Shown: positions 38,704 to 49,895, counted from the first letter of the stretch. The stretch is 64,000 nucleotides of DNA from Setoptus koraiensis (GCA_048013815.1 CM106585.1:13950001-14014000); one strand, 5' to 3'. Numbers and translations: made by a program. The notes: a model not told the origin generated them from the letters alone.

Positions 38704-40352
38704 ATGGCCCTCATCGGTTCAACAAGCAACGATATTGGCGACACCAACGTCGCCAATCGAAAGCGACGAAAATCCAGCGTGAAACAACCGCGTCCAACCG
38801 AATTCAATAGAGAGTTGACAAGTTTTAGCAGCGGCGGTAGTGGCTGCAGCGGTGATTATAATCCAACGGCAACAACCACAACAATTATGTCGACTAACAG
38901 TGACAATTATACCACTGTTGTATCATCTTTGTACGGCGCACCATTGCAATCAACTGGCAGCGCAATCAGTGGAAATAGTTTAGCGGGCACTCGGTTAGCG
39001 TGTACGCCAATAAAGTTCCAAGATAGAGGCCAAAATGTTTCAATGAAGATACAATTCCAAATAACAACGTCCCCCGATATGGGCATGTTGCCGCCAACGC
39101 CAACAGTGGCCTCCACGAGTGCCCATCAACAAAGTCCATTATTAACGAAATATCGCAGCAATTCAGCCATGGTTCCATCGTCGACACAAGCAACAACTTT
39201 CGATCATCACAACAATGACATCGATATGAGCGACAGCGAGCATTCAATTGCAGCAAGGCGTCATCAATTGCAGATATTGCACCAGCAAAAGATAGAAATG
39301 GACGAGCGACAAAATCAAGTGTCAAATGGCGGTGGGTCATTCAAACGAGAACACAGACGACGACCGTCCACAACAATCGGGGTTAATTTAGATAGTAAGG
39401 GCAGTGTCACTAATCATCACAATATAGCCGCTATTAGCCAACAGTGCCAATCAGAGGACAGTGCCAAAGATAAGATTGCCTCGATGCAAACAACCAGCTC
39501 GCCGGGCCAGTCGGGCCTTGCAGCTAGATCGGCTACATTTGGCAGCTTTAGCGGCAGCGAAACAAACAGTCATCATAGCGATGACAGTCTCAAGGAGTCC
39601 ATTTATTTTAAGAGAGACGGTCAGCGATTTAATCATGAGTTTACCCTCAAATTATCTGTTGATCGCACCTACAGATGCCTATTGAAGATCAAACCATCTA
39701 TTCCATTGCAAAGTATTTCTATTCAAGGCCATCATATTAGATTTCATGATTGCACGCAAACAAGCCAGCAATCTAGACTAAATAAGTTTGTCACAACAAC
39801 TATACACAGCCAACATTATCGCCAACAGCAACAAACAAACAATGGATCAGCAGCAGAAACAACAAACCAACAACAACAATCGGCCAAAATAAATTCTGTT
39901 GATCATCATCATCACCAGGCAATATCGCCAATCCATCATCTCACCAAACATTTTCTACACACTCACTCTCATACTCACAATAGCGGTCAATTGATATATG
40001 TGTTCGATTGGTCAGCTAGCCGTTTCGAGGTAAACAAAAACAAAGCCAGAACAGAGGTACAAATGGTGCTTAGATTCAAGAATGGGGAAAGTCTAATGCT
40101 GCCGTTGCAAGTGAAATTCTACTATTCAGATTGTCGACAGCATCTCAACTGGGGTGAGTTGTTACTTTCTCTCAATACATATTCATATTTCTGACGAGAT
40201 AAACCGACTGACATGTGCTTGTTTCTATCCGTTTTCTATTCACTCCATTGACGCGCGACAACGACGCAGGAAGTTTACTGCATTTCATAGATTATGATTG
40301 TCTAATCAATAAACTGGGAAACATCAACGTCAACAGAGTTCAGTTCTACTGA
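38704..40352 (+). CDS. CNRIP1: CB1 cannabinoid receptor-interacting protein 1 (CRIP1a) homolog with long low-complexity extensions: join(38704-40153, 40270-40352)
   Basis: IYFKRDGQRFNHEFTLKLSVDRTYRCLLKIKP resembles VFYKVDGQRFGQNRTIKL...YKVEVKIKP. QVKFYYSDCRQHLNW|GSLLHFIDYDC resembles [26 protein letters not shown]. Intron gtgagt...acgcag in phase 1 restores the C-terminus. Confidence 0.85.
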
Positions 40353-40455
40353 ACAGTTATACACGGCAAAATCATTATTAAATTGTTAAATAAGTTTGTA
40401 CACTACACCAAGTATCTCAGTTATCAGTTTGCAGCACCTTTGAGATACGTAATAA

Positions 40456-41373
40456 TCAATATATCAAGTGGCCCCTCAACTTTTCATACTCTGAACATGA
40501 AGGTGTCTTCAAATTTCTAGCGTCCTCCAAAGCTCTGGCGTTATCATACAAAACAAAATGTGCACGATTAATCATACTTTCCTTGTAATTTCTTTCTCGA
40601 AAGCATTTGTTCCTTAATTCGTGCGTATAATCTTCGACGACTTGTGTTTCAAGACGCCTCAATGCATTGCCTGTGTATTCCGAATCAAATTTGTCTTTAA
40701 CATAATATCTGATACCATAGGGCTGTATTTGACGAGGGTAATGATATTTGCTTGTAGAATGTAGTGAATAGGGTGGATCTGATTGTAACCAATAAGACGC
40801 TGCTGATAAGCTGACTAAAACTAACACTGGCATTAGTTGGACCAATAAATTGAAACCAGGCGATACCTCCTCTTGGGCCCTTCCATCTGAAGTTGTGTAA
40901 TGCCTAGTATCTCCTCTATTTCTGTAACTATGTGATGTTGCCTGCCATCTACGATTTGTGAAACTACCCGAGGCAAAGCCCCCATTAAAGAACATATTAA
41001 ATATCTCTTCGGGTGTTATATCACTTTCAAAACCGCGACTATAATCATTGTAATAATGTGATGTACCGGCCCTATGTCTATGATGGGCCTGATTGGCGAC
41101 ATCGCCACCATTCAGGCCATCTTCACCGTACATGTCATATTTGCGTCTCTTGTCTGCATCACTTAAAACGGCAAAGGCATTTCCAACCGCTTTAAAGGCT
41201 TCGGCAGCTCCTGGTTCTGAATTTTTATCAGGATGTAATAGTAACGCTAATCTTCTGTATTGTTTCTTTATTTCTGACTCGGTAAAATCCTTTCCTATTT
41301 GTAATATTTCATAATAGTCCTTGCACTTTCTAATTCTATCGATGGCCCTCTTATGGTCGTCTGAGGCAGTCAT
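40456..41373 (-). CDS. DNAJB12: DnaJ homolog subfamily B member 12/14 (ER membrane J-protein: J-domain, TM, DUF1977)
   Basis: CKDYYEILQIG...LALLLHPDKN...AFKAVGNAFAVLSD J-domain; PEEIFNMFF; TM segment; C-terminal DUF1977-like YSL...RYYV...LETQVVEDY. Single coding exon. Confidence 0.92.
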   Translation of the reverse strand: MTASDDHKRAIDRIRKCKDYYEILQIGKDFTESEIKKQYRRLALLLHPDKNSEPGAAEAFKAVGNAFAVLSDADKRRKYDMYGEDGLNGGDVANQAHHRHRAGTSHYYNDYSRGFESDITPEEIFNMFFNGGFASGSFTNRRWQATSHSYRNRGDTRHYTTSDGRAQEEVSPGFNLLVQLMPVLVLVSLSAASYWLQSDPPYSLHSTSKYHYPRQIQPYGIRYYVKDKFDSEYTGNALRRLETQVVEDYTHELRNKCFRERNYKESMINRAHFVLYDNARALEDARNLKTPSCSEYEKLRGHLIY

Positions 41374-41422
41374 CGTGCGTGTCTATGTAAGTATGTTTGT
41401 TTGTTTGTCTGTCTCTCTGTCC

Positions 41423-42459
41423 CGAAATATGTGACAATAATTTGATTGTGATAAAATGATTTGGAATCAAATGTCGTTAGTTGATGATAGAGGATACCAA
41501 TCAATAATATCAATCAAATGTGAAACAAATATGATGTTAAATTACATGAGATGATTCTATGAATTAAATGATTTCATCTCTATCTATAATAATTGATCTC
41601 GATCAGTAATATTTGATCTCGATATATGCGTATTCTATATGTTGCAAAAATAGTAATAATTATATTATACTACACTATTAGACAGTTTTCTGTCTTGTTG
41701 CTTTATTGTTGTTGCCAAACCACAATTTTCTCCTTCTTCATTTGCTCCGTCCCAATTAATGCTGGTCTATTGTTGGAATATACGCTCTTTGACTCATCAT
41801 GAGTGACTTATCTTATTTATCTGAGCACTATTCACTCTGTGACTAGTTTTCCTTATTCTGTGCCGAGCAACTTTACACTGTGCCAGCGTATATACACAAG
41901 TCACAAACAGTGTTGTCCAATATTCACTTGTAAATCATTGTGACTCCAATAAACTAGCCGTATCGCTGCGTATAAACTCCGAAATTTATCCCTTGTATAT
42001 TATGTAATGCAATAATATTTATGGTAATAATAGGGCGAAACGAACAGATCAAGATGTAGCAGTGATATAGCAAATTTACTAATATCCGCGTGATAATAAC
42101 ATTTGTTGAGTTAGAATACCTCCACTCATCCGTCCCCGCCCGATATGCAAAATCATTCAGGCGCTCTTATACGAGATTAAACAGCAACAATATAAAATCT
42201 ATTATCAGGTCCTATTTGTATAGCTTTGCATTCACACGCACCATCACATTAGCTGCCAGTATTTTCGGTGGAGATTTTGTTGTCGAACCACTGCCATCAA
42301 TACATTATTGTACTGCGCAAGCTGTACCAGCGCTCTATCCAACAGTTTTTGCTGTTGTTGCTGCTCATTCGTTTACCATTATGCACGTTGTCTGTAATTT
42401 AAAATTGCACAGAATCCTCTGAAGCATCCCCCACTCACACAAACAACAGCGCTATTCAA
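41423..42459. repeat. Left arm of diverged inverted duplication flanking SURF4
   Basis: Reverse-complement match to 43885-44633, e.g. gatttggaatcaaatgtcgttagttgat (~41459) versus atcaactaacgacatttgattccaaatc (~44571). Carries an extra ~200 nt (about 41770-41965). Confidence 0.92.
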
Positions 42460-42632
42460 AAGATTGCCATTTGAATTTCGCGCACTCAGTATATCCGGTT
42501 GAGCTATGCTGGACTGTCAGGAAAGTCTATCATAACAGAGCCACTAACAACATCGCCGGAGTCCTCAAGGTATTTAAAACAATCAACCACTAACAACATA
42601 ATCACACAAATAGCATCTTAATATACCAAATA

Positions 42633-43454
42633 ATGGATGATTGGAATTTTGATGTGTTCATCAATCGGGCAGAGCTCAATGCAGAAACTTTTATTAAACA
42701 TTCCAAAGTACTTCTACCGACTATTGGGAGATTATTTCTCATAAGCACATTTCTAGAAGATGGAATACGTATGTGGTTCCAATGGAACGACCAAAGGGAC
42801 TATATTGGCTACCATTGGGACTTACCTAACTTTATTGGAACCATATTTGTTATTTATAATCTGCTTGCTCAATTGGGAGGCTCAGCTATGGTTCTACTGC
42901 GTAAGAAAGTTCGAGTTGCTTGCGGAATATTACTATCAGTGGTATTCATTCAAACCGCAGCCTACAACGTTTTATGGACGCCAAATTTCTTCTTCAGAAA
43001 CCTCAGTTTAACCGGTGGCCTACTTCTACTATTTGTTGAAACATTTGAACAAGGCAGAAGCAGAATGTTTGCCGGCGTGCCAATGATGGAGGGAAACAGA
43101 GAACCAAGAAACATACTGACTCTCATAGGACGTGTCTGTCTAGTTTTTATGTTTTTAACCATACAACGTTGGGAACTTTCGTTTTTCTTCGTCACTGAGG
43201 CAACACTAGCATGCGCTCTGATGTGTTTAGTTACTATAGGATGGAAGACCAAGTTATCCGCATTAGCATTAGTGATATACTTATTCTTTATGAATATTTG
43301 GATCAATGCATTTTGGACAATCGATAGTCACGTACCCCATAGAGATCTTTATAAATACGACTTCTTCCAAACACTCTCCATTATCGGAGGGCTACTTCTT
43401 TTAATAAGCCTGGGACCGGGTACAGTCTCCATTGACCAAAGAAGAAGAGATTGA
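42633..43454 (+). CDS. SURF4: Surfeit locus protein 4 (ER cargo receptor, Erv29 family)
   Basis: LPTIGRLFLISTFLEDGIRMWFQWNDQRDY, FFRNLSLTGGLLLL, YDFFQTLSIIGGLLLLISLGPG. Intronless. Confidence 0.97.
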   Translation: MDDWNFDVFINRAELNAETFIKHSKVLLPTIGRLFLISTFLEDGIRMWFQWNDQRDYIGYHWDLPNFIGTIFVIYNLLAQLGGSAMVLLRKKVRVACGILLSVVFIQTAAYNVLWTPNFFFRNLSLTGGLLLLFVETFEQGRSRMFAGVPMMEGNREPRNILTLIGRVCLVFMFLTIQRWELSFFFVTEATLACALMCLVTIGWKTKLSALALVIYLFFMNIWINAFWTIDSHVPHRDLYKYDFFQTLSIIGGLLLLISLGPGTVSIDQRRRD

Positions 43455-43884
43455 TCAATGTCGTCCATTCCAGCTATTAACTATTTAAATTTTTTTACTG
43501 ATCACATAGAACATTAAAAGTTTAAGCTTTTTCCGTTTTGTTAGAGGCCGAATCTCTCTTTCTCGTTCTCTCGTTCTCTCTCTCTCTCCCTCTCTCCCCG
43601 TCACATATGGTCGAATACAATTAGAGCGTACCAAAGCTGATTATCCGCACTGAGTTGTGTCTAACAAAGTGAACAACTACAGCTTTTCCGGACTCTCCAG
43701 ATCGAGAGCCGAGAGAAAACGCGATTCTTTAATACACGTTTTATGTAAACCTTTTCTTGGTCAGTTTAATCTGGAGAGTGGATTTTGGTCAGAATTTATT
43801 TAATTCGAGTGTCTACCTTGTAAGATGTGTGCCTATAAACTGATGGCAAGGAGATGAAAAGTTCGAAGAGACTCGCGCAGTCAA

Positions 43885-44633
43885 TTGAATAGTGCCGCGG
43901 TTTGTGTAAGAGGGGGATACTTCGGGGAATTCTGTGCAACTCTAAATCGCAGAAAACGTGCAAAATGCTAAACGAATGAGCAGCAGCAACAACAAAAACT
44001 GTTGTATAGAACGATGGCGCAGCTTGCACACTACACTAGTGTATTGTGTTGATGGCACTGGTTCGCCAACAAAATCTGCACTGAAAATACTGGCAGCGAA
44101 TGTGTGTGTGTGTGTGTGTGAATGCAAAGCTATACAAATAGGACTTGTTAATTGATTATATATTGTTCAATCTCATATAAAAGCGCCTAAACAATTTTGC
44201 AAACATTATATCACAACACATATTATTACTACATGGATACTAATAAATTTATTACATCATTATAACATCTTGACCTGTTCGTTTAGTTCTATTATTACCA
44301 CACATATTATTGCATTACATGTATATTATACGCGGATTAGACCAGCACTGATCGGAATAGAAAGAATGAAGACGAAGAAAATTGTAGTTTGGCAAAAACA
44401 ATAAAGCAACAAGATAGAAATTATTACTATTATTGCAACATATAGAACACACATCGAAATCGATTATTATAAATAGAGATGAAACCGTTTAATTTATAGA
44501 ATCATCTCATGTAGTATAACATCATATTTGTTTCATATTTGATTGATATTATTGATTGGTATCCTCTATAATCAACTAACGACATTTGATTCCAAATCAT
44601 TTTATAATAATCAAATTATTGTCACACATTTCG
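43885..44633. repeat. Right arm of diverged inverted duplication flanking SURF4
   Basis: Collinear reverse-complement alignment to the left arm along its whole length, with scattered substitutions, indels and a (TG)n expansion at 44101-44120. Confidence 0.92.
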
Positions 44634-45119
44634 AATGGGAATATCTTCACATGTATTGATGGTCGATGAATTGAAGAGAGCGATCAAATCTCACACTCGT
44701 CCCACACACATATCTAATCTATACCAATAAAGCAGAAGCAGCCACAACAACAACAACAGAAGCAACATTCAAATCTAATATTAGACACACATTTATACAT
44801 ACATAGGACGTAATAAGCTTCAAGCACTTCAGGAATTGTTGAGCTGCCACAAAAGCCATCGCCACCACCACCCATATTACTTGAGCAATCCTGATCAAAT
44901 CACATGATCGTTGCATCAAAAATTCGCTCTCTAGAACAATGATGCGGCTCCATGTTTAGCTTATCAACCTAATATCCATTAGCCAATATTTTCAAAATTG
45001 ATCATCAATCAATTTATAAATACTAGTATTACTAACATTATCATTTATCAATGCCTCTGTCCTAGAAACTAGTGTCCCTAGTGTTTATCTTCGAACCGCC
45101 AACATAAATAAACAAAACC

Positions 45120-48100
45120 ATGAATCCGCAAGCTTCGATATCTGCGATTAGTATCAACGAACAACAACAACAGAACTCTCAGATGCTAACTATGGACGCC
45201 TATGAAATCCCTACAGATGAGAATGCAAGCAATAATCTTAACAATATTTCACAAGTCAAGCATCTAGTAGACCACGACTACTGTAAAAGATTGGAAAAGA
45301 ATGCAATAGATTCTTCCAAGAAGACGATCCCAGCAGAAACAATAAATGATATTGCTGTTACAAACAACAATTCGACAAATTTACCAGTTTCTGAGATTTA
45401 TGACTCTAATAGATCAACACCAAGCTCTCTGGCAACAACATTACCGCCGTCATCTATTCACACCAACGTGGCCAATCAAGCAAACAGCACCACCAATTTA
45501 ACTGACTCTTCATGTAACATGAACAACAATCATGTGGGTTTGATGGAGAAAAAACAATCAATTTCCCTCAATCCACATGCTTCTACGCACTCCATGAATG
45601 ACAGCCTGAGTGATTCATCGAGTCAAGCATCGACAAGTGCCTTGGTCATAGACTCTCCTCGGGCGAAGATCTTGTCCAAAATTGGCAAAATGCAAGACTC
45701 TCCAAATCCTGCATCCTCTTCGCCAACATCTCCATCGGTATCATCGACTAGGAGATCTCAGCGCCAGATGGAACGTGGTGGCAGACGCTCATTTAAGAAT
45801 CTTGGTGCAGATGACGAGTCCCCCCAAGACTCTCCTGTTCAAAATCTACCCAAATCTAGAGCTAGGCAACTTGTTTCTGTGACTGATAAATCAGAGTGGA
45901 TAACAGGAGAAGATCAGATTGATTCAATAATATCCCAAGAGCTCGGTCAATCAGAGCTAGACGGCAAAGTGGGTCCACAGATCCATAGAAATAAATTGGG
46001 GTCTCTAAATTCTTCTCCTGCAAACTACTTATCCGATAGTGATCTTGCTTCAGACGATGATTCAGAGTATGATCCTGACTCTGATAATGATCCCGACAAG
46101 CTGTGGTGCAGTTGTAGACAACCTCATAATAATAAATTCATGATCTGTTGCGATGTTTGTAAAGATTGGTTTCATGGTCACTGTGTCAACGTTACTAAAC
46201 TCATGGGGGCTCGCATCGAAAAAGAAGGAAGGGAATGGTTTTGCCCTGAATGTCAGTCAAAAATCAAATCTGGTACGCCTAGAAGTTCCATTCAGAAAAA
46301 ACCAGCATCCCTCGAGAAAAATAGAAAAAATAGGAGCAAACCGAACAAAATTTCATCACCTAGCTTATTACCCACTGGCACAGTCAAAAGAGGAAGAGGT
46401 AGACCTAGGAAATCTGACCAAGCAATCAGCCAGCCTGGAAAGCTGAGTATCTCACTTAAAGACGGGGTTGGGCAAATCAAGCAGCAAACAGTGGAATCAA
46501 TTCCTGTTCATAGGCCAGCTAAGAAACAGAATTCCTCGTTAGACCCTAAATTGGGTGTAGATAATGGAAAGTTGAAGAAAAAATTAGCAAGAATGGATGC
46601 CAGAAGCCCAAGATTCGATGAGCATGAAGATTCCATCAGATTGAAAAGATTGATAAAAGAAAAAAGGAAGCAGTTTCTTGCCAAACACAAACTTATGGAT
46701 CAAGAAAAACAAGCCAAGCGATGTCAACTAGGTGTGGGAAAACAAACCATCACATCCAGCTTAGGAGAAAGCCTAGATTCATTAGTTTCTACTACAAGCG
46801 TCCCAAACATTGATAGCTCAACCAAAAATGGACCCGCACTCAATAATAAACCAAACATCGTTCTACAAATAAGCACGACTGGACCAAGAAACCAAGACCC
46901 CAATGCTAGAGAAGGATACGATGTGACTAGTAGAATAGTCACAGTCGTCAGATCTCCTAACAAAAAAATCAAGCTCAGAGAAGCAATTGATCCTAGTGTA
47001 GATGACCTATTCAAGGCAGAGCCATTACAAATATCAAAAAAGTCACTGTCAAAAACACCCGCATTGTCAATTGACGGAGCCTCTAACCAAAACTTAGCTC
47101 GCAAGTTCAGCCTTTCCTCTAGTGGAGATTCACCAACTGACCCTTCCCCTGCTAGGAGACGTTCCGACTCAGGCTCATTCAATCATAATAAGCATCATAA
47201 TAAATCTTCACCTGAGATTAATTCACCCAATGAACAGCCATCAACACCCACTAAAAAGACACCCAAAGATAAAGAAGGATTAAGCAATTCACCCCTGAAT
47301 GGGGTGGGTTGCGTGCAAAATACAAAAGACACGTCTAAAGGAGCCTCAGATTCAGGAAAAACAGAGTCAACGAGACAAATAGTTCGCAAAACTATAGGAG
47401 ACACTCTCACATCTAGATGTAAGGATATCAATGATATTGCAGTGACATCTGATACAATTAAAACCATCGCTGGTCAGATAGAAGATCAATTGAATGATTG
47501 TTTCCGTGAAGGCACTTCCAAATACTTGAATAGATATAGATCACTGATATTCAATTTGAGAGATGCCAAGAACCAGGGTCTACTTAGGAAAGTTTTGACA
47601 AGCGAGATTTCTCCACAAAAGTTGGTTAGAATGTCTCCGGAGGAATTAGCATCTAGCGAGTTGGCCAAATGGCGTGAGAGGGAAAATAAGCACTCATTAG
47701 AGCTTATAAAACGCGATGCTCGCCTTGCTGCTCAGCAAGTCATCCTCAAAAAGACGCATAAGGGTGAGGAGGTCATATCCGGTCCCACGCAAGCAGAGGA
47801 ACCAGAATACTTGGACGAACCAAATATAGGGAAAGATGAGAAAAGTTCCAATCAAATTACCAATGTAGGAACAAGCCAAATTAGCGAGGAAGAGAACAAA
47901 ATCGTAGAATCCACTGATGCAATAGACACTACCTCAATGAAAAAGTCTCCTGGAGATCATACCGCAACGCCTGAGTCCGAAGAAACGGCTACAACAAAAA
48001 CAATTCGTGTTAGTATAGACGGTAATAAGATTTTGCAAGAGGCTGCCAAATATTCATCTATGATGCCACCGATATCATCCAACGAGAACTCACCAATGGA

Positions 48101-48815
48101 CACAAGCGAACCCATAAACACCACCGATTCACCTAACATGATGGATGTTGATGATGAACAACACAACCAAAACGCAAGATTTGACCACAATGATGACGAC
48201 GATGACGATCTCGATTCACCAGAACAGCATTTAGACGCTTCTGGTTTCGAAGATGAATTAAATGCTAACAATGAACAAAGCCCTGCCTGGCGTGGCTCTA
48301 TAACAATGCCTGATGTTGCCCAATTTGATGCTTGCGCGCGTCCTGTAAGTGGTGACGTAAGTTATATGGAATTTGAGTTGGGCGATAGCCTGCAAGTATG
48401 CGGTAGAATTGCACCAAATCAAGTGGAAGATTATATAGGTAAATTGAGGAATTCAACGCGAGCTGAAATAATGATTGTTCAATTGACGCCAGAAACGGAG
48501 GAGGTCCGTGACGGATATAATGCCTTCTTCGATTATTTAGATAGTAGAAATCGTTACGGGGTGATCGGTGTCAATCCGAAAATTCTCAAGGATTTCTACA
48601 TACTACCGGTAGGCAAAGACTGTGATGTGCCCGATTGGTTGTTACCATTCAATGGACCAGGAATAATGCGTAAACAGAAAGACGACAAAATTCTGTTAGC
48701 AATATTAGTCCGACCGAAGCGTTCTACGTTAACGAGACCATCGTCGCATTCAGTGTCTGCCAATACTTCGGCATCAAGTGAAACTATATATAACCCGACA
48801 CCAATACAACGATGA
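45120..48815 (+). CDS. DIDO1: PHD finger / TFIIS-central / SPOC protein (DIDO1/PHF3 family; Drosophila pps-like)
   Basis: PHD LWCSCRQPHNNKFMICCDVCKDWFHGHCV...WFCPEC; TFS2M YRSLIFNLRDAKNQGLLRKVLTSEISPQKLVRMSPEELAS; SPOC WRGSITMPDVAQF...CGRIAPNQVEDYIGKL. 1231 aa, intronless. Confidence 0.9.
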   Translation: MNPQASISAISINEQQQQNSQMLTMDAYEIPTDENASNNLNNISQVKHLVDHDYCKRLEKNAIDSSKKTIPAETINDIAVTNNNSTNLPVSEIYDSNRSTPSSLATTLPPSSIHTNVANQANSTTNLTDSSCNMNNNHVGLMEKKQSISLNPHASTHSMNDSLSDSSSQASTSALVIDSPRAKILSKIGKMQDSPNPASSSPTSPSVSSTRRSQRQMERGGRRSFKNLGADDESPQDSPVQNLPKSRARQLVSVTDKSEWITGEDQIDSIISQELGQSELDGKVGPQIHRNKLGSLNSSPANYLSDSDLASDDDSEYDPDSDNDPDKLWCSCRQPHNNKFMICCDVCKDWFHGHCVNVTKLMGARIEKEGREWFCPECQSKIKSGTPRSSIQKKPASLEKNRKNRSKPNKISSPSLLPTGTVKRGRGRPRKSDQAISQPGKLSISLKDGVGQIKQQTVESIPVHRPAKKQNSSLDPKLGVDNGKLKKKLARMDARSPRFDEHEDSIRLKRLIKEKRKQFLAKHKLMDQEKQAKRCQLGVGKQTITSSLGESLDSLVSTTSVPNIDSSTKNGPALNNKPNIVLQISTTGPRNQDPNAREGYDVTSRIVTVVRSPNKKIKLREAIDPSVDDLFKAEPLQISKKSLSKTPALSIDGASNQNLARKFSLSSSGDSPTDPSPARRRSDSGSFNHNKHHNKSSPEINSPNEQPSTPTKKTPKDKEGLSNSPLNGVGCVQNTKDTSKGASDSGKTESTRQIVRKTIGDTLTSRCKDINDIAVTSDTIKTIAGQIEDQLNDCFREGTSKYLNRYRSLIFNLRDAKNQGLLRKVLTSEISPQKLVRMSPEELASSELAKWRERENKHSLELIKRDARLAAQQVILKKTHKGEEVISGPTQAEEPEYLDEPNIGKDEKSSNQITNVGTSQISEEENKIVESTDAIDTTSMKKSPGDHTATPESEETATTKTIRVSIDGNKILQEAAKYSSMMPPISSNENSPMDTSEPINTTDSPNMMDVDDEQHNQNARFDHNDDDDDDLDSPEQHLDASGFEDELNANNEQSPAWRGSITMPDVAQFDACARPVSGDVSYMEFELGDSLQVCGRIAPNQVEDYIGKLRNSTRAEIMIVQLTPETEEVRDGYNAFFDYLDSRNRYGVIGVNPKILKDFYILPVGKDCDVPDWLLPFNGPGIMRKQKDDKILLAILVRPKRSTLTRPSSHSVSANTSASSETIYNPTPIQR

Positions 48816-49893
48816 TAGTGAAACAGGTGCCAATATGAGTATTTATATAAGTATTACAATGGACCGAAAAACTTATTTCGTTCATATTTATATGAATTTC
48901 ACCAATTTTACTATCGAATCAATAATAATTGAGTGTCAATAATTTGATTGAATACCTTAACATAGCGGGTCAGACAACACCTCTAAAGAGCGGAGACGAC
49001 ACTCACAACAAGATTTACCACCATGCACAGCAATTGAATAAATTTTGTAACTTCATTGACAAAAAAAAAATGAGGCCATCTTATTCACGCAATCTAACTG
49101 TACTGTAGCCTCAATTTGTTTCTATTCTGGACTATATTCATGGTCTGTGAACGATCACAGTGAACCTACTATAGAGACCTTCTATTCTTCGCGCACAGTC
49201 TGTGACGAGTTCATTGCCTCTATGAGTGTGAATTTATGCGGGCGTATTGATCTGAAATATCTGCAATCGAGACCATCGATATTTAGACGGAGATTTTCGT
49301 GAGCATTTTGGGAAACATTTGCATGTTAGCATCGATTTCTTCTGTATCGCCTTCGCCGTTATGCATATTATATATAACGATTGGCCTTAATATCTACACA
49401 TATAACCATCGGATATTGAGCTTGGTGTGAAAATTCAGTGAGGGGCCAGTGTCACTAGGCCCTCTGAGGCCTACAAGGTTCATTGAATGAACCGTCTTTC
49501 TGTTAAACCTACTGAACCATTCAGTCAGGTCCAAACTTTGTGCTAGGTTGTGTGACTAATGTTATTGACCCCACCTATTCATGTAGACATAACGTTGTGG
49601 TGGATAGCGTTGTGGTCTTAGTGTCACCCTCTGCAATCGCCAGTCGTCGTGAGGCCGGCAATAGCAATGCACGCTCACTCGGTGTCGCCATGACAACCTC
49701 TCGCTCGTTTGTGTGACGACGACGTATAACTGAACAGACGGAAATAACGAATGGTCTAAATGAGGGTTCTTCGACCCACAGCATTCGCCATGATGATCGC
49801 CTAGTGTCCTTTTGTCGGACAGGTGAGTTACGTAATATTCATTCTCGTCGCACGCCCGTATTGTGTTTGGTTAGTTCGCATTGGAGCATCACA

Positions 49894-49895
<2 letters not shown>

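Noticed and set aside
42200-42300. Piwi-like word KILAANVMVRVNAKL in the left repeat arm
   Set aside because: Short, followed by a stop, not conserved in the right arm, and without flanking Piwi motifs.
41423-44633. Intact TIR DNA transposon
   Set aside because: No transposase, no target-site duplication, and the arms are diverged. Kept only as an inverted duplication.
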